Translations under genes and position numbers: made by a program
Assembly: GCA_964469405.1 (NCBI GenBank)
Contig: CAYXYP010000005.1
Span: 54-64,053 of the forward strand
Length of the DNA stretch: 64,000 nt
Direction of reading: 5' to 3'
DNA from: an uncultured Candidatus Saccharibacteria bacterium
GTDB lineage: Bacteria; Patescibacteriota; Minisyncoccia; Phycocordibacterales; Phycocordibacteraceae
Notes under the pieces: generated by a model
Seen by the model: only the letters and a program-made list of their open reading frames with translations
Database searches by the model: none
What the model was told of the DNA's origin: nothing
In this document: piece by piece, positions 16,388 through 25,899 of the stretch
How the letters are laid out: the number at the start of each line of letters is the position of its first letter
Numbering within the stretch: the stretch's first letter is position 1

Positions 16388-16465
16388 CTAACGACGCTTT
16401 TTTGCCGCTTTGCGCTTCTTTGTCTTTTTTACTGCCTTCTTCGCTGCCTTACGCTTTTTTGCCAT
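16388..16465 (-). CDS. 25-aa Lys/Arg/Ala-rich histone-H1/protamine-like peptide
   Basis: Hand translation MAKKRKAAKKAVKKTKKRKAAKKRR*; ATG 16465, TAG 16388; followed by a terminator; below the ORF-track length cutoff. Confidence 0.8.
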   Translation of the reverse strand: MAKKRKAAKKAVKKTKKRKAAKKRR

Positions 16466-16596
16466 GATGAGTACGAATTATGTATGGTGGCTGATAAGTC
16501 GACCCGTCTACACGCGAAAATAAATTTTCATGCGCAAACGTCTCTAGATAGTATTATTGCGCGTAAAAAAACTTTATGTAACAAAATAAAATAAAA

Positions 16597-16605
16597 TGTG
16601 GATAA
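16597..16605. promoter_or_regulatory. Perfect DnaA-box 9-mer in AT-rich intergenic region
   Basis: TGTGGATAA. Confidence 0.4.
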
Positions 16606-16693
16606 CTTTCTAAAAAACTTAAAAAGTTATTTTTAAAGAACTGTGCACTGTCTCCAAATTATTTGCTGTATATGATTCCTCATAGAGACTCAA

Positions 16694-17707
16694 TCATGTA
16701 CCGAACATTTCTACTTCGCGTTCAATCGTGATGCCTGTCGCGGCGTGCACACGTTTTTCAACTTCAGAGGCAAGAGCGTCGACCTCGATCGCGTGTGCTC
16801 CAGCTTGTGCGACAATAACAAGAGGGTGCCTTTCATAGAGTCGTGCACGACCTATCGAAAATCCCTTGAGCAAAAGCGCGTGGTCGAGAAACCACGCAAG
16901 TGATATTTTTATAGAACCATCTGTTTGAGGGAATGTCGGCATGATGGGGAAACGTCTTGTGAGCTCATCAGCGTGCTCACGGGAAATAACGGGATTTTTG
17001 AAAAAAGAACCTGCGCTTCCTTCTTGAACATCTTGTGGGAACTTCAATGCTCGAATGCCTCGAATGGTACGGGCAATTTCTTTAGGCGTTGTGAGCGGAG
17101 CGCCTGTTGCCTGTACACGAAGAAGATCGGGGTACGTGATGTTCGGCACTGCACGTTTCGTGAGACGGAGTGCGACCCGGATGATGATATATCCTCGGTG
17201 CTGTTTGAAAAAACTGGTGCGATATGCAAATGAAGCCTCGGTAGAAGTTATGCGCCGAGGCAAGCCCGTCGCAGTATCAATAACATCGGCGTATGCAAAT
17301 ACGTCCTTGAACTCAGCGCCATACGCGCCGATATTTTGTACCGAGGCACCTCCAATCGTTCCCGGAATACCAGCAAGATTCTCTATGCCAAAAAAACCCC
17401 GTGTAGTCGCACGGTCGACAACGTCTTCCCATACAGCTCCGGCGCCTGCAACAAGCAACGCATCATCGCCAACATTCTCAAATGTAATATCGCCCACCAA
17501 CATCCTCACAACAACGCCAGCAACACCCGCATCAGGCACCAACACATTACTACCTCCACCTAACGTATAGAGCGGCAGTTTGTTCTCACGCGCGCAGACA
17601 ATCGCATCTTCAATATCTTTGACGGTGAATACTTCTTTGAGAAATGATGCTGGTCCGCCAATATGAAATGTGGTGAGTGGCGCAATTTGCACATCCTTTG
17701 AAATCAT
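16694..17707 (-). CDS. murB: UDP-N-acetylmuramate dehydrogenase
   Basis: TTFHIGGPA, LGGGSNVL, ENLAGIPGTIGG..VQNIGAYG, FAYRTSFFK, SAGSFFKNP, IEREVE. Confidence 0.96.
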   Translation of the reverse strand: MISKDVQIAPLTTFHIGGPASFLKEVFTVKDIEDAIVCARENKLPLYTLGGGSNVLVPDAGVAGVVVRMLVGDITFENVGDDALLVAGAGAVWEDVVDRATTRGFFGIENLAGIPGTIGGASVQNIGAYGAEFKDVFAYADVIDTATGLPRRITSTEASFAYRTSFFKQHRGYIIIRVALRLTKRAVPNITYPDLLRVQATGAPLTTPKEIARTIRGIRALKFPQDVQEGSAGSFFKNPVISREHADELTRRFPIMPTFPQTDGSIKISLAWFLDHALLLKGFSIGRARLYERHPLVIVAQAGAHAIEVDALASEVEKRVHAATGITIEREVEMFGT

Positions 17708-17752
17708 TGCCGATGTATATCAAACATCCGTACGTGAAAGAGGTTTGATTAT

Positions 17753-19930
17753 TTATTGTCCTGACGTCTTCCCTTCTATTTGTGCGATTGCTGATGCTCC
17801 AGTGGCAGCCGCGTCCGGATAGAGTGCAACTGCTTTATTGATTGTAGCAATTGCACTCGCCTTATCGCCTGATGTGTAATACGCCGCAGCAAGAGAGAAC
17901 CATGTTTCAACACTTGCGCCAGGTTTTTCCGCACGCAGTTTTGAAATAGCAATGAGACGTGGCCAATTCTTGGTACGATAGTATGCAACTGAAAGGATGT
18001 CGCTATCGACGATAGAGGAGCCGTACACGTCTACTAAGATTTTATCGGCTGCCGCAATATCGCCAACTGCAATATCGCCAACTGCGGCATACACTGCAAG
18101 CTCTTCAAACTGCGGCGCAAGTGTGTATGCGGTATGGAAAGCCTGCTGCGTCATTTTTACATCGCCCTGATCCCACGCCGTCGCACCCATTTCAATCCAT
18201 ATAGCTTCCTTCCCCGGCGAGAGTAGAGCAGCCTGTTGAATTACCTTGAGTGCATTTGCACCATCCCCGGCTATACGGTATGCGTACGCAAGCTGAAGTT
18301 GTTCACGAGTATCAAGCGGGTATGCAGTGACTTGTTTCTGCATTTCGGTTATAGCGAGCGTAACTACCTGTTGTTTCAATTCATTTGTCGCCTGTTGATT
18401 CTGTACGACCCCACCGGCGAAGGAGATAAGTTGCTCACGTATCTCCTGTGCGGCAAAAGAGGGATGCGCAACAAGATCCTCAAAGACAGCAGCATTCCCC
18501 GCAAGACCAGCAGCTGAAGGAGAGAGTGCGGTAATAAGTTTAGACGCCGTTTGTATGCCAGGAATATTTACCGACCAGATGAGGGCGACCGCGACAATAC
18601 TTGCAATTGGGAGCGCGTAGGTCACACCATCCGTTGCCCCAAGCTCAGGAGCATGTTCAAGTCGCGGAATTGGCCGAGCGACCTGTGAGTCGATGAGTGA
18701 CAGGAGTGCGAAGAAATATACGTAGGAATACAGATTGTCGAAAACAAAGATGTTGTGCACGGCATATCCGACGAGCGCAGAAGTGAGGACAATCCGTTCC
18801 GGACGTGAAAGTTCTGAGCTCCGCCAGAGCAATACAATGGCAGATCCAAAAAGAGAGACGTAGAGTAGGAATGCTGGCACGCCTCCTGCACTGAGCCAAT
18901 CAATAAAGGCATTATGCGCTCGGTCAAACCATGGTTCCTGATGATGGAGCGATGGATCGTAATGCTTATCGAAAACATAGTTGAAGCCTTCCTGTCCCCA
19001 GCCGACGAGAGGACGTTCAAGGACTCCTTTAAACGCCATGCTCCAGATAGTGAAGCGTGTCGCTCCGTCGTGGAGCGAAATAGACGCGACACGCTGTAGT
19101 GTGTGATTGTTTTGTACAAAATCAGAATTGCGAGCGACGTAGAAGCTGCCTATAAGGATTAACATGAAAATAAATCCGCCCGCCGCAATACGCCGAACAT
19201 GCTTCCCTGCAGTGAGTGCAGTCAGGAGTGCCGCAAGTGTGAGCGCGAGCACAAGTCCAATTATCGTACCCCGTGTTTCGGTGAAAAAAATAAGTATCGC
19301 CTCCACAATCGCAAGCGTAAGCAGGGACCACTTCATCCACGCACGACTCTCGGTAAGAGCGAGCCATAGCGCAATGAACACATTGAATAGAAGATAGACC
19401 GCCAAATATGCGGAGTTGCCCATAGACGCATCGACACGTGTCGAGCCCTGATGTATCGCTGAGGACCCGCCAAGCTGGAGAAATGCGTGAATGCAAATAA
19501 CTATCGAGACACCAAGTGAAGTAATGAACCACGCTCGCCACTTCTTCTGCACACGTAACACTGCACCAGCAGCAAAGAAAAATCCGAGCAAATGAATGAG
19601 AAGCACCCAACCCTCCATACGCTCAAAATTACTCCAGAACGCTTTCGTAGCATTTGGCGCAAACGCATCGGCGATGAACATCCAGACGACAAAGGCAACG
19701 ACCGTCACTCCAATCCATGAAAAACGCGGGCGATATTCTCTATCGAGAACTGCGAGTACTGCCCATGCAGCGACCGCCACCTCAACTAAAATGCGGAAGA
19801 AAAACGCTTTGCCGGTAATGAACGGAAAAAAGAATGGATTGGCGACGATGAGCGGTGCAAGCGGTATAAGGAACAGCGCTCCGAGCGCTGCCCATAGAGC
19901 AATCTGTTTCGCGGTACCATCGCTCTTCAT
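17753..19930 (-). CDS. O-antigen ligase-like (Wzy_C) membrane protein with C-terminal TPR-like repeats; possible O-oligosaccharyltransferase
   Basis: ~12 TMs; R..ASMGNSAYLA, TETRG, RFTIW, RPLVGWGQEGF, DRAHNAFIDWL; helical TPR-like tail. Confidence 0.8.
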   Translation of the reverse strand: MKSDGTAKQIALWAALGALFLIPLAPLIVANPFFFPFITGKAFFFRILVEVAVAAWAVLAVLDREYRPRFSWIGVTVVAFVVWMFIADAFAPNATKAFWSNFERMEGWVLLIHLLGFFFAAGAVLRVQKKWRAWFITSLGVSIVICIHAFLQLGGSSAIHQGSTRVDASMGNSAYLAVYLLFNVFIALWLALTESRAWMKWSLLTLAIVEAILIFFTETRGTIIGLVLALTLAALLTALTAGKHVRRIAAGGFIFMLILIGSFYVARNSDFVQNNHTLQRVASISLHDGATRFTIWSMAFKGVLERPLVGWGQEGFNYVFDKHYDPSLHHQEPWFDRAHNAFIDWLSAGGVPAFLLYVSLFGSAIVLLWRSSELSRPERIVLTSALVGYAVHNIFVFDNLYSYVYFFALLSLIDSQVARPIPRLEHAPELGATDGVTYALPIASIVAVALIWSVNIPGIQTASKLITALSPSAAGLAGNAAVFEDLVAHPSFAAQEIREQLISFAGGVVQNQQATNELKQQVVTLAITEMQKQVTAYPLDTREQLQLAYAYRIAGDGANALKVIQQAALLSPGKEAIWIEMGATAWDQGDVKMTQQAFHTAYTLAPQFEELAVYAAVGDIAVGDIAAADKILVDVYGSSIVDSDILSVAYYRTKNWPRLIAISKLRAEKPGASVETWFSLAAAYYTSGDKASAIATINKAVALYPDAAATGASAIAQIEGKTSGQ

Positions 19931-19956
19931 GATAGAGAAACTATATCATACACCAA

Positions 19957-19995
19957 TGCACAAAACGCCCCGCTAGTCGCGGGGCGTTTTGTGCA
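19957..19995. terminator. Intrinsic terminator hairpin
   Basis: TGCACAAAACGCCCCGC-tagtc-GCGGGGCGTTTTGTGCA, perfect 17-bp arms. Confidence 0.8.
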
Positions 19996-20021
19996 CGTGG
20001 AAGATTGAGCCTTCTAAAGAT

Positions 20022-20867
20022 CTAAAACCTCCAACTAAAAAGTCCCCACAGTCCCTGCTCTCTCTGAGCAAGATCATGCAGACGTGTCTGAGCATCTTGT
20101 AATGCTACTATCTGCGCCTGAATAGTCACCTTGATATCTGCCGAAATATTGACTGCACCGAGTAGATTAGTAAGAACGTCGATGCGCTGCTGATTCTGCG
20201 CGACCTCTTGAGAGATCACATCCGCTGCCACAGCATCACCACCGAAGAAAAGTCTCGCGAAGAAATTGCGCGATTCAATCTGCGCCTCAGCATTTGTCGT
20301 CGTCGAAACCGAGTCATTCATATGCTTCGCAATTTCCGACACCTGTTCTCCGATTCCACCCAGTAGATGCTTGGAAGAAAGAAGTGCATGCACGGCGAGA
20401 CGCACCTCGTTCGCATTCTTCATTACATCCTTGAACTTGGGCGTCGTGCTCGCCTCTTCATCCTTAAGCTCATGCTTTCGATTCTCTATCTTCTGTTTCA
20501 GATCGCCGAGAGAAACCGCAATATCTTCATCATCCTCAAGTTCGAAATCAATCTCATCTTGGTCCTCTTTATTTTGATCGTCCGACATTTCTTCATTATC
20601 CGATTGATCATTTAAACTTACCGCTTCAACCTGTTCATCTTGCTCCTTACTCTCCCCTCTCTTCTGGCCTAAAGAAGACTGATCTTTTTCACCCGCGCGC
20701 ACAGAAACACCCGTTGGCACTTCCGCCCCTTGCACCGTTACGACCTCTTGTGAGCCGACACCACCCTGCCCCTCACTGCTTCCGCTCTCGGCACGTACGA
20801 CGGCCGGTAATCCGCTCATTGCGAGCGCGAGAGTGAAGACTCCTGCTGCGTATATGCTTTTTTTCAT
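20022..20867 (-). CDS. Secreted acidic/coiled-coil hypothetical protein
   Basis: Signal peptide MKKSIYAAGVFTLALAMSGLPAVVRA; Asp/Glu-rich linker; helical C-terminal domain ending WGLFSWRF. Confidence 0.75.
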   Translation of the reverse strand: MKKSIYAAGVFTLALAMSGLPAVVRAESGSSEGQGGVGSQEVVTVQGAEVPTGVSVRAGEKDQSSLGQKRGESKEQDEQVEAVSLNDQSDNEEMSDDQNKEDQDEIDFELEDDEDIAVSLGDLKQKIENRKHELKDEEASTTPKFKDVMKNANEVRLAVHALLSSKHLLGGIGEQVSEIAKHMNDSVSTTTNAEAQIESRNFFARLFFGGDAVAADVISQEVAQNQQRIDVLTNLLGAVNISADIKVTIQAQIVALQDAQTRLHDLAQREQGLWGLFSWRF

Positions 20868-20976
20868 ATGAATTACTCCAGCTAATGTTAATGGCGGTTA
20901 TGGACACAAGTATACATCTTATATGATTCTTCATCTTTGTTTTGCAATTCGCGTACCGTGCTAGGATTGAGATGTC

Positions 20977-22440
20977 ATGTTTGCGAGTATCGCAATCTCC
21001 AGATACCTATTGTACGCGCTCCTGCTCGCACTGTTTTCTTGTGTCGCCTACTTTTCGCTGTATCAGCTCAGTGAAAGCCCTCCGGTATGGTACGACGAGG
21101 GGATGATCCTGCAACTTGCCGAAAACGTTGCCCATCATGGGGTTATGGGGCTACAACTTGCACCGGGCGAATATGTGTCTGCGGGGCATGTATCGACCGG
21201 TTTCCCTGTAGTCTTCCCTGTTGCAGCAAGCTTTTATATATTTGGCGTCAGCATCATTACCGCGCGCGCGGTAGCGGTTATTTTTATCTTTCTTCTTGTC
21301 ATCGCAGGCCTGTACCTGTTGACGCGCCTCCAGAACAAATGGTACGCGCTTTCAGGCGCTTTTTTTGTGGCGACTTTCCCTTCGTTATACGGCGATGGGA
21401 AAAGTATGCTCGGCGAAGTGCCCGGACTTTCCTTTTTACTACTGTTTCTTTTCTTTCTTCAAAAACTCGAAGAATCTGATTTTAAGAATGTTCGATACGC
21501 CATATTGGCTGGTGTATTTCTAGGTCTCACAACGGTTACAAAACCTCTTTTTCTTATAGTTCCGGTGGCACTCGGCATGGTGTTCCTTTTTCGCTGGCGA
21601 CGCACCCTTTCAAACGTGCCTGCTCTGATATGGTGTTCCTGCGCTTTTTCTTTGCCGATCATAGTATGGTTGGCGACCCAATTTTCGTTCACCGATTCAG
21701 CTACCGATATTCTTTCTTTTTATGCAAATCCGTACCGTCTCACACATCTCACAGACGTCATGGCGATGAACTTCATGCGATTTTTCACAGAATCAACTCC
21801 GCTGTATACGCTTGGTATTACTGCATGTTGGGCCATCGCGCTCATTATCCGGAAAAGAAAGAAGCAAGTTATTTCATACGCGGAAGTCTGTGCCTTTTTA
21901 TTTACTTTGTTAGTGATGTTTGCGTATCTGCGCACTCCCGGATGGTATCGCTACCTTTTCCCAGCTGATATCGTCGCTCTTTTTTTCTTGCCCTTTGCCC
22001 TCAAAACGATCTTCGCTTTACCCCTCTCTTATACCGCTCGCCTGAAGACGTATGAGCGCCCCATGGTAGCGGTACTGTTGAGTCTGTTTATATTGCTACA
22101 ATGGTATTACTTGGTTTTTGGCTCGTGGATATCGGGCACTTCGCAGTATCAGATAACCAATACTTTGGAACGTACTCTCGGATCGCTTGATTCGAAAACG
22201 AGCATATTTGTATTTGACGCTCCGGCAGTTGTCCCGTTCTTGCTCTACGACACTTACACACAATACTTTTCGGCTGGAGGCGCATGGGTTGCGGGAGAGG
22301 ATTCCCTCGTATCATTGAAAAATGGTGTCCCTGACGTAGTTATTATGAGTGCCGATGCGATTCCTTCGGCACAGAAATACCTCGGGCACTATACGTTGCT
22401 AGAGGGGTCCGACAAGTATAGTATATTGAGGCATAAATAA
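20977..22440 (+). CDS. GT-C fold membrane glycosyltransferase (ArnT/PMT-like)
   Basis: WYDEG loop after TM1, multiple TMs, MLGEVPG, TTVTKP, WYRYLFP. Confidence 0.75.
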   Translation: MFASIAISRYLLYALLLALFSCVAYFSLYQLSESPPVWYDEGMILQLAENVAHHGVMGLQLAPGEYVSAGHVSTGFPVVFPVAASFYIFGVSIITARAVAVIFIFLLVIAGLYLLTRLQNKWYALSGAFFVATFPSLYGDGKSMLGEVPGLSFLLLFLFFLQKLEESDFKNVRYAILAGVFLGLTTVTKPLFLIVPVALGMVFLFRWRRTLSNVPALIWCSCAFSLPIIVWLATQFSFTDSATDILSFYANPYRLTHLTDVMAMNFMRFFTESTPLYTLGITACWAIALIIRKRKKQVISYAEVCAFLFTLLVMFAYLRTPGWYRYLFPADIVALFFLPFALKTIFALPLSYTARLKTYERPMVAVLLSLFILLQWYYLVFGSWISGTSQYQITNTLERTLGSLDSKTSIFVFDAPAVVPFLLYDTYTQYFSAGGAWVAGEDSLVSLKNGVPDVVIMSADAIPSAQKYLGHYTLLEGSDKYSILRHK

Positions 22441-22446
22441 TCTTTG

Positions 22447-23391
22447 ATGGGAAATTCTTTTTTTTCAATAATTGTACCAATATACAACGAAGGAGAGGTA
22501 CTGATCGAGCTATGCAAGCGCACAGTCGCGGTCTTGGAACATCACGCGCATGAGTATGAGATTATACTCATAGATGATGGGAGTTCTGACAAAACTCCTC
22601 TGTTGATGACCGAGTTGCACCGCAACAATCCTCGAATAAAATGCATCTTTCTCTCGCGTAATTTCGGCCAACCTTCGGCACTTTCCGCCGGACTCGACTA
22701 TGCACAGGGAGATGCTGTAGTAGTCATGGATGCTGACTTGCAGGATCCTCCTGAAACGCTTCCTAGTTTTTTTGAAAAGTGGCGGGAAGGCTATGAGGTT
22801 GTGTACGGTGTACGAACAAAAAGGAAGGAATTTTTCTTAAAACGTTCTGCGTATTGGATTTTTTATAGACTTTTCAAAAGCGTTGCCGAACTCGAAAATG
22901 CAGTACTTGATTCCGGCGATTTTTCATTACTTGATCGAAAGGTCGTACTCACCTTACGCTCCATGCCAGAGAGAACCAGATTTTTGCGTGGATTGCGCAG
23001 CTGGGTTGGGTACCGCCAGTGCGGCATCGTATATGAACGTGCATCGCGTTTTGCCGGCATTCCCAAATATACGTTAAGCAAATTGTTCCGCCTCGCCTTT
23101 GACGGACTTTTTTCTTTCTCGTACTTGCCTTTGCGCTTCGCAACCTTGTTGGGTTTTTCCGTGGCTCTTTTCGCAGGTGTTGGTATTGCCGTCCTACTGT
23201 ATTTGCGCCTTAGGTACGGAGTGCTGGGAATAGTCGGCTTCTCTTCTACACTTATCGTTATTCTTTTTATCGGAGCGGTACAACTTATCTCTATCGGCAT
23301 TCTCGGAGAATATATAGGGAGGATTTATGATGAAGTGAGGCGTCGTCCCATGTACATTATTCAGAAAACATTGGGTTCCTTCAAACCATAG
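22447..23391 (+). CDS. GT2 polyprenol-phosphate glycosyltransferase (GtrB/ArnC-like)
   Basis: SIIVPIYNEG, IDDGSSD, LSRNFGQ, MDADLQDPPE, GDFSLLDR, two C-terminal TMs, GEYIGRIYDEV. Confidence 0.92.
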   Translation: MGNSFFSIIVPIYNEGEVLIELCKRTVAVLEHHAHEYEIILIDDGSSDKTPLLMTELHRNNPRIKCIFLSRNFGQPSALSAGLDYAQGDAVVVMDADLQDPPETLPSFFEKWREGYEVVYGVRTKRKEFFLKRSAYWIFYRLFKSVAELENAVLDSGDFSLLDRKVVLTLRSMPERTRFLRGLRSWVGYRQCGIVYERASRFAGIPKYTLSKLFRLAFDGLFSFSYLPLRFATLLGFSVALFAGVGIAVLLYLRLRYGVLGIVGFSSTLIVILFIGAVQLISIGILGEYIGRIYDEVRRRPMYIIQKTLGSFKP

Positions 23392-23600
23392 TATTGGTGA
23401 GAAAAATTAGGCTCCGGAAGATAGGGTGGTACACAAAGTATGTTGCGCCAGCCACAAGGGCGGCCGCAACGGCCTGGACATAGAGGTACTAGAAGTACAC
23501 CTCAAACGTGAGACACACGAGGACGATAGTGATAAATGAGTTATTTGTCAGAAAGTGGACATGGCCAACGAATCTTATTACACTACTATGCAAGCAGCAT

Positions 23601-24329
23601 ATGAAGGATGTCTACCACGATACGATTTATCGACTTGAAAAGTCCCATTGGTGGTATCGTGTCAGACGCGAAATTGTACGCAGTCTCATTAGATCTTATT
23701 TTCCAAATAAAGAATCATTACACATTCTTGATATAGGTTGCGGTACGGGGGAGCTACTTTCTGGACTTTCTTCGTATGGTGACGCCTACGGAGTGGATGT
23801 CTCGCCCCGCGCGGTGGCCTTTTGCAAAGAGCGGGGCATTCAGCAAGTTCGTGTTGGGAGTGTTACCAACATAAGTTACCCGGATAACAATTTTGATCTC
23901 GTTCTCGCGCTCGACATTATCGAGCATGTTGCGGATGATACAAAAGCGCTCGCGGAAATCAAGCGCGTGCTGAAACCGGATGGGATCGCCATTTTCTTTG
24001 TTCCGGCATTCATGTTTTTATGGGGTTCGACGGATGTATTCAGCGAACACTACCGCCGATACACACGCCCTGAATTGCGTTCAAAAATAGTTGCTGGAGG
24101 GTTTACCCCCATTCGGTTTACCTATTTCAACACACTTCTTTTCCTGCCTATTGCTGTGTGGCGCCTAGCGAATCGAGTTATCCCATTGCATGCGCATTCG
24201 GAAACAGAGCTCAATAATTCTTTTATAAATAGCCTTCTCTACGGCATATTTCGGATTGAAGCATTCGTATTACGCTTCGTAAACTTCCCATTCGGCGTTT
24301 CAATACTGGCGATCGCGAGAAAAGATTAG
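23601..24329 (+). CDS. Class I SAM-dependent methyltransferase
   Basis: HWWYRVRR, ILDIGCGTG, FDLVLALDIIEH, HYRRY; ATG 23601 preferred over GTG 23508. Confidence 0.88.
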   Translation: MKDVYHDTIYRLEKSHWWYRVRREIVRSLIRSYFPNKESLHILDIGCGTGELLSGLSSYGDAYGVDVSPRAVAFCKERGIQQVRVGSVTNISYPDNNFDLVLALDIIEHVADDTKALAEIKRVLKPDGIAIFFVPAFMFLWGSTDVFSEHYRRYTRPELRSKIVAGGFTPIRFTYFNTLLFLPIAVWRLANRVIPLHAHSETELNNSFINSLLYGIFRIEAFVLRFVNFPFGVSILAIARKD

Positions 24330-24420
24330 ACTTCTACAAGAATCAAAAGATGCCCCCATTTAGGATATATACCTTTGCGTTTTTTGTAATACTCAAACAT
24401 CCTTGCAACACCTTCTTCAA

Positions 24421-25899
24421 TCAAAATTGGAAGTAAATAAAAGCGTTTGTCGCAAAGCTACCAAATAGAACAAGGACCAGGACGAGCGAGCTGTAGAGTA
24501 CGGACAGAACGAATAGCGACTGTGTGTTTAGAAATACCGCGAGACGTCCCCGTTTCTCCATACTCTCGACAAAGAGGAGGAGGAAAATGAAGCAGAATGA
24601 AAGAGCGAGATCTACATTTTTAATACCGAGCATCATAACTGGATGAATAATGAATCCTTCCAGGAACTGCGCAAATGAGATATCCCATCCAACAAATAGT
24701 TGCTTAAAAAAGCCAAAGGCACTCGACAGATCCGGTGAGCGGAAGAAAACCCAGCCGATATTTACCAATACAAATGTAACTCCGATCTGGATCATCGTAT
24801 GCACTCGGGGTACGTGTGTGAGACCTGTTCTGACTAGAAATGCGCGACGTAACGGTTTCGTGATACGTCCTATAACGATAGCGCCCCCGAAGAAAAGCCC
24901 CATGCAAATGTATGACCACGCTGCGCCGTGCCAGAAACCGATGACAACGAATGTTGCTACAATACAAAAATACAGCCAGTATATAGTGATTCGTTTTGCC
25001 GAATACACCAGCGGGAAATAGAAATAATCATGAAACCACGACGAGAGCGATATGTGCCAGCGCCGCCAAAATTCTTCGATGGAGCGAGAGAAGTAGGGCT
25101 GGTTGAAATTACGCACGAGATCTATCCCGAACACTCGCGCACTTCCGCGCGCAATATCGGTATATCCGGAAAAGTCAGCATACAGCTGGAAAGCAAACGC
25201 AAACATCGCAAAGAGTATGCTTGGTCCAGACAAATGGAGCGCATTCGCGTATATATAATTGACCGAAAATGCCAGCCGGTCGGCGATGACCAATTTCTTA
25301 AAAAATCCCCATGCCATTAATCGAATGCCGGAAAAGACATTTGCCCCTTCAAAAAAGACTACTTTTTTGAATTGCGGAATGAGGTGCGACGGCCGCTCAA
25401 TAGGCCCCGCGACCAACTGAGGGAAAAACATGACATAGAGTGCATATATGCCAAAATGTCGTTCTGCGGGGTATTTCCCTCGATACACTTCGATAAGGTA
25501 ACTGATGCTTTGGAACGTATGAAATGAAAGACCCAAGGGAAGGAGGATTTGAAGCGCTTCGATGGAGTAATTCCAATCAAGAGCCCTGGCGAGCAATGCG
25601 ATATTATCATTGAAGAAATTAAAATACTTGAACACAAAAAGTACGCTGATGGTCATGAACATGCCTACGAAGAACATCCTTCGCTTCGCCGCACCCTCCG
25701 TCCGATCCATCCGTAGCGCACAAATATAGTCTACGAGGATAATGAAAAAGAGGACAAGAATATATTGCGGTACGAAAACCATGTAGAAATAACAACTGCC
25801 GAGAAGCAAAAGTGCCCACCGAAAACGGGGCGGGCAAAGGTAGCACCCAGCCACAATGCAAACAAAAAAGATGAGAAAAGCGACTGAAACGAACGTCAT
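24421..25899 (-). CDS. MBOAT O-acyltransferase (AlgI/DltB family)
   Basis: LPLGLSFHTFQSISY, FFPQLVAGPIER, KKLVIADRL, QLYADFSGYTDIA, FWRRWHISLSSW, GFWHGA, FIYFQF. Confidence 0.93.
   Translation of the reverse strand: MTFVSVAFLIFFVCIVAGCYLCPPRFRWALLLLGSCYFYMVFVPQYILVLFFIILVDYICALRMDRTEGAAKRRMFFVGMFMTISVLFVFKYFNFFNDNIALLARALDWNYSIEALQILLPLGLSFHTFQSISYLIEVYRGKYPAERHFGIYALYVMFFPQLVAGPIERPSHLIPQFKKVVFFEGANVFSGIRLMAWGFFKKLVIADRLAFSVNYIYANALHLSGPSILFAMFAFAFQLYADFSGYTDIARGSARVFGIDLVRNFNQPYFSRSIEEFWRRWHISLSSWFHDYFYFPLVYSAKRITIYWLYFCIVATFVVIGFWHGAAWSYICMGLFFGGAIVIGRITKPLRRAFLVRTGLTHVPRVHTMIQIGVTFVLVNIGWVFFRSPDLSSAFGFFKQLFVGWDISFAQFLEGFIIHPVMMLGIKNVDLALSFCFIFLLLFVESMEKRGRLAVFLNTQSLFVLSVLYSSLVLVLVLFGSFATNAFIYFQF

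Noticed and set aside
16560-16690. Replication origin suggested by a DnaA box in AT-rich DNA
   Set aside because: Only one perfect box here and no dnaA or dnaN nearby; isolated boxes also occur at 2433 and, imperfectly, at 10113
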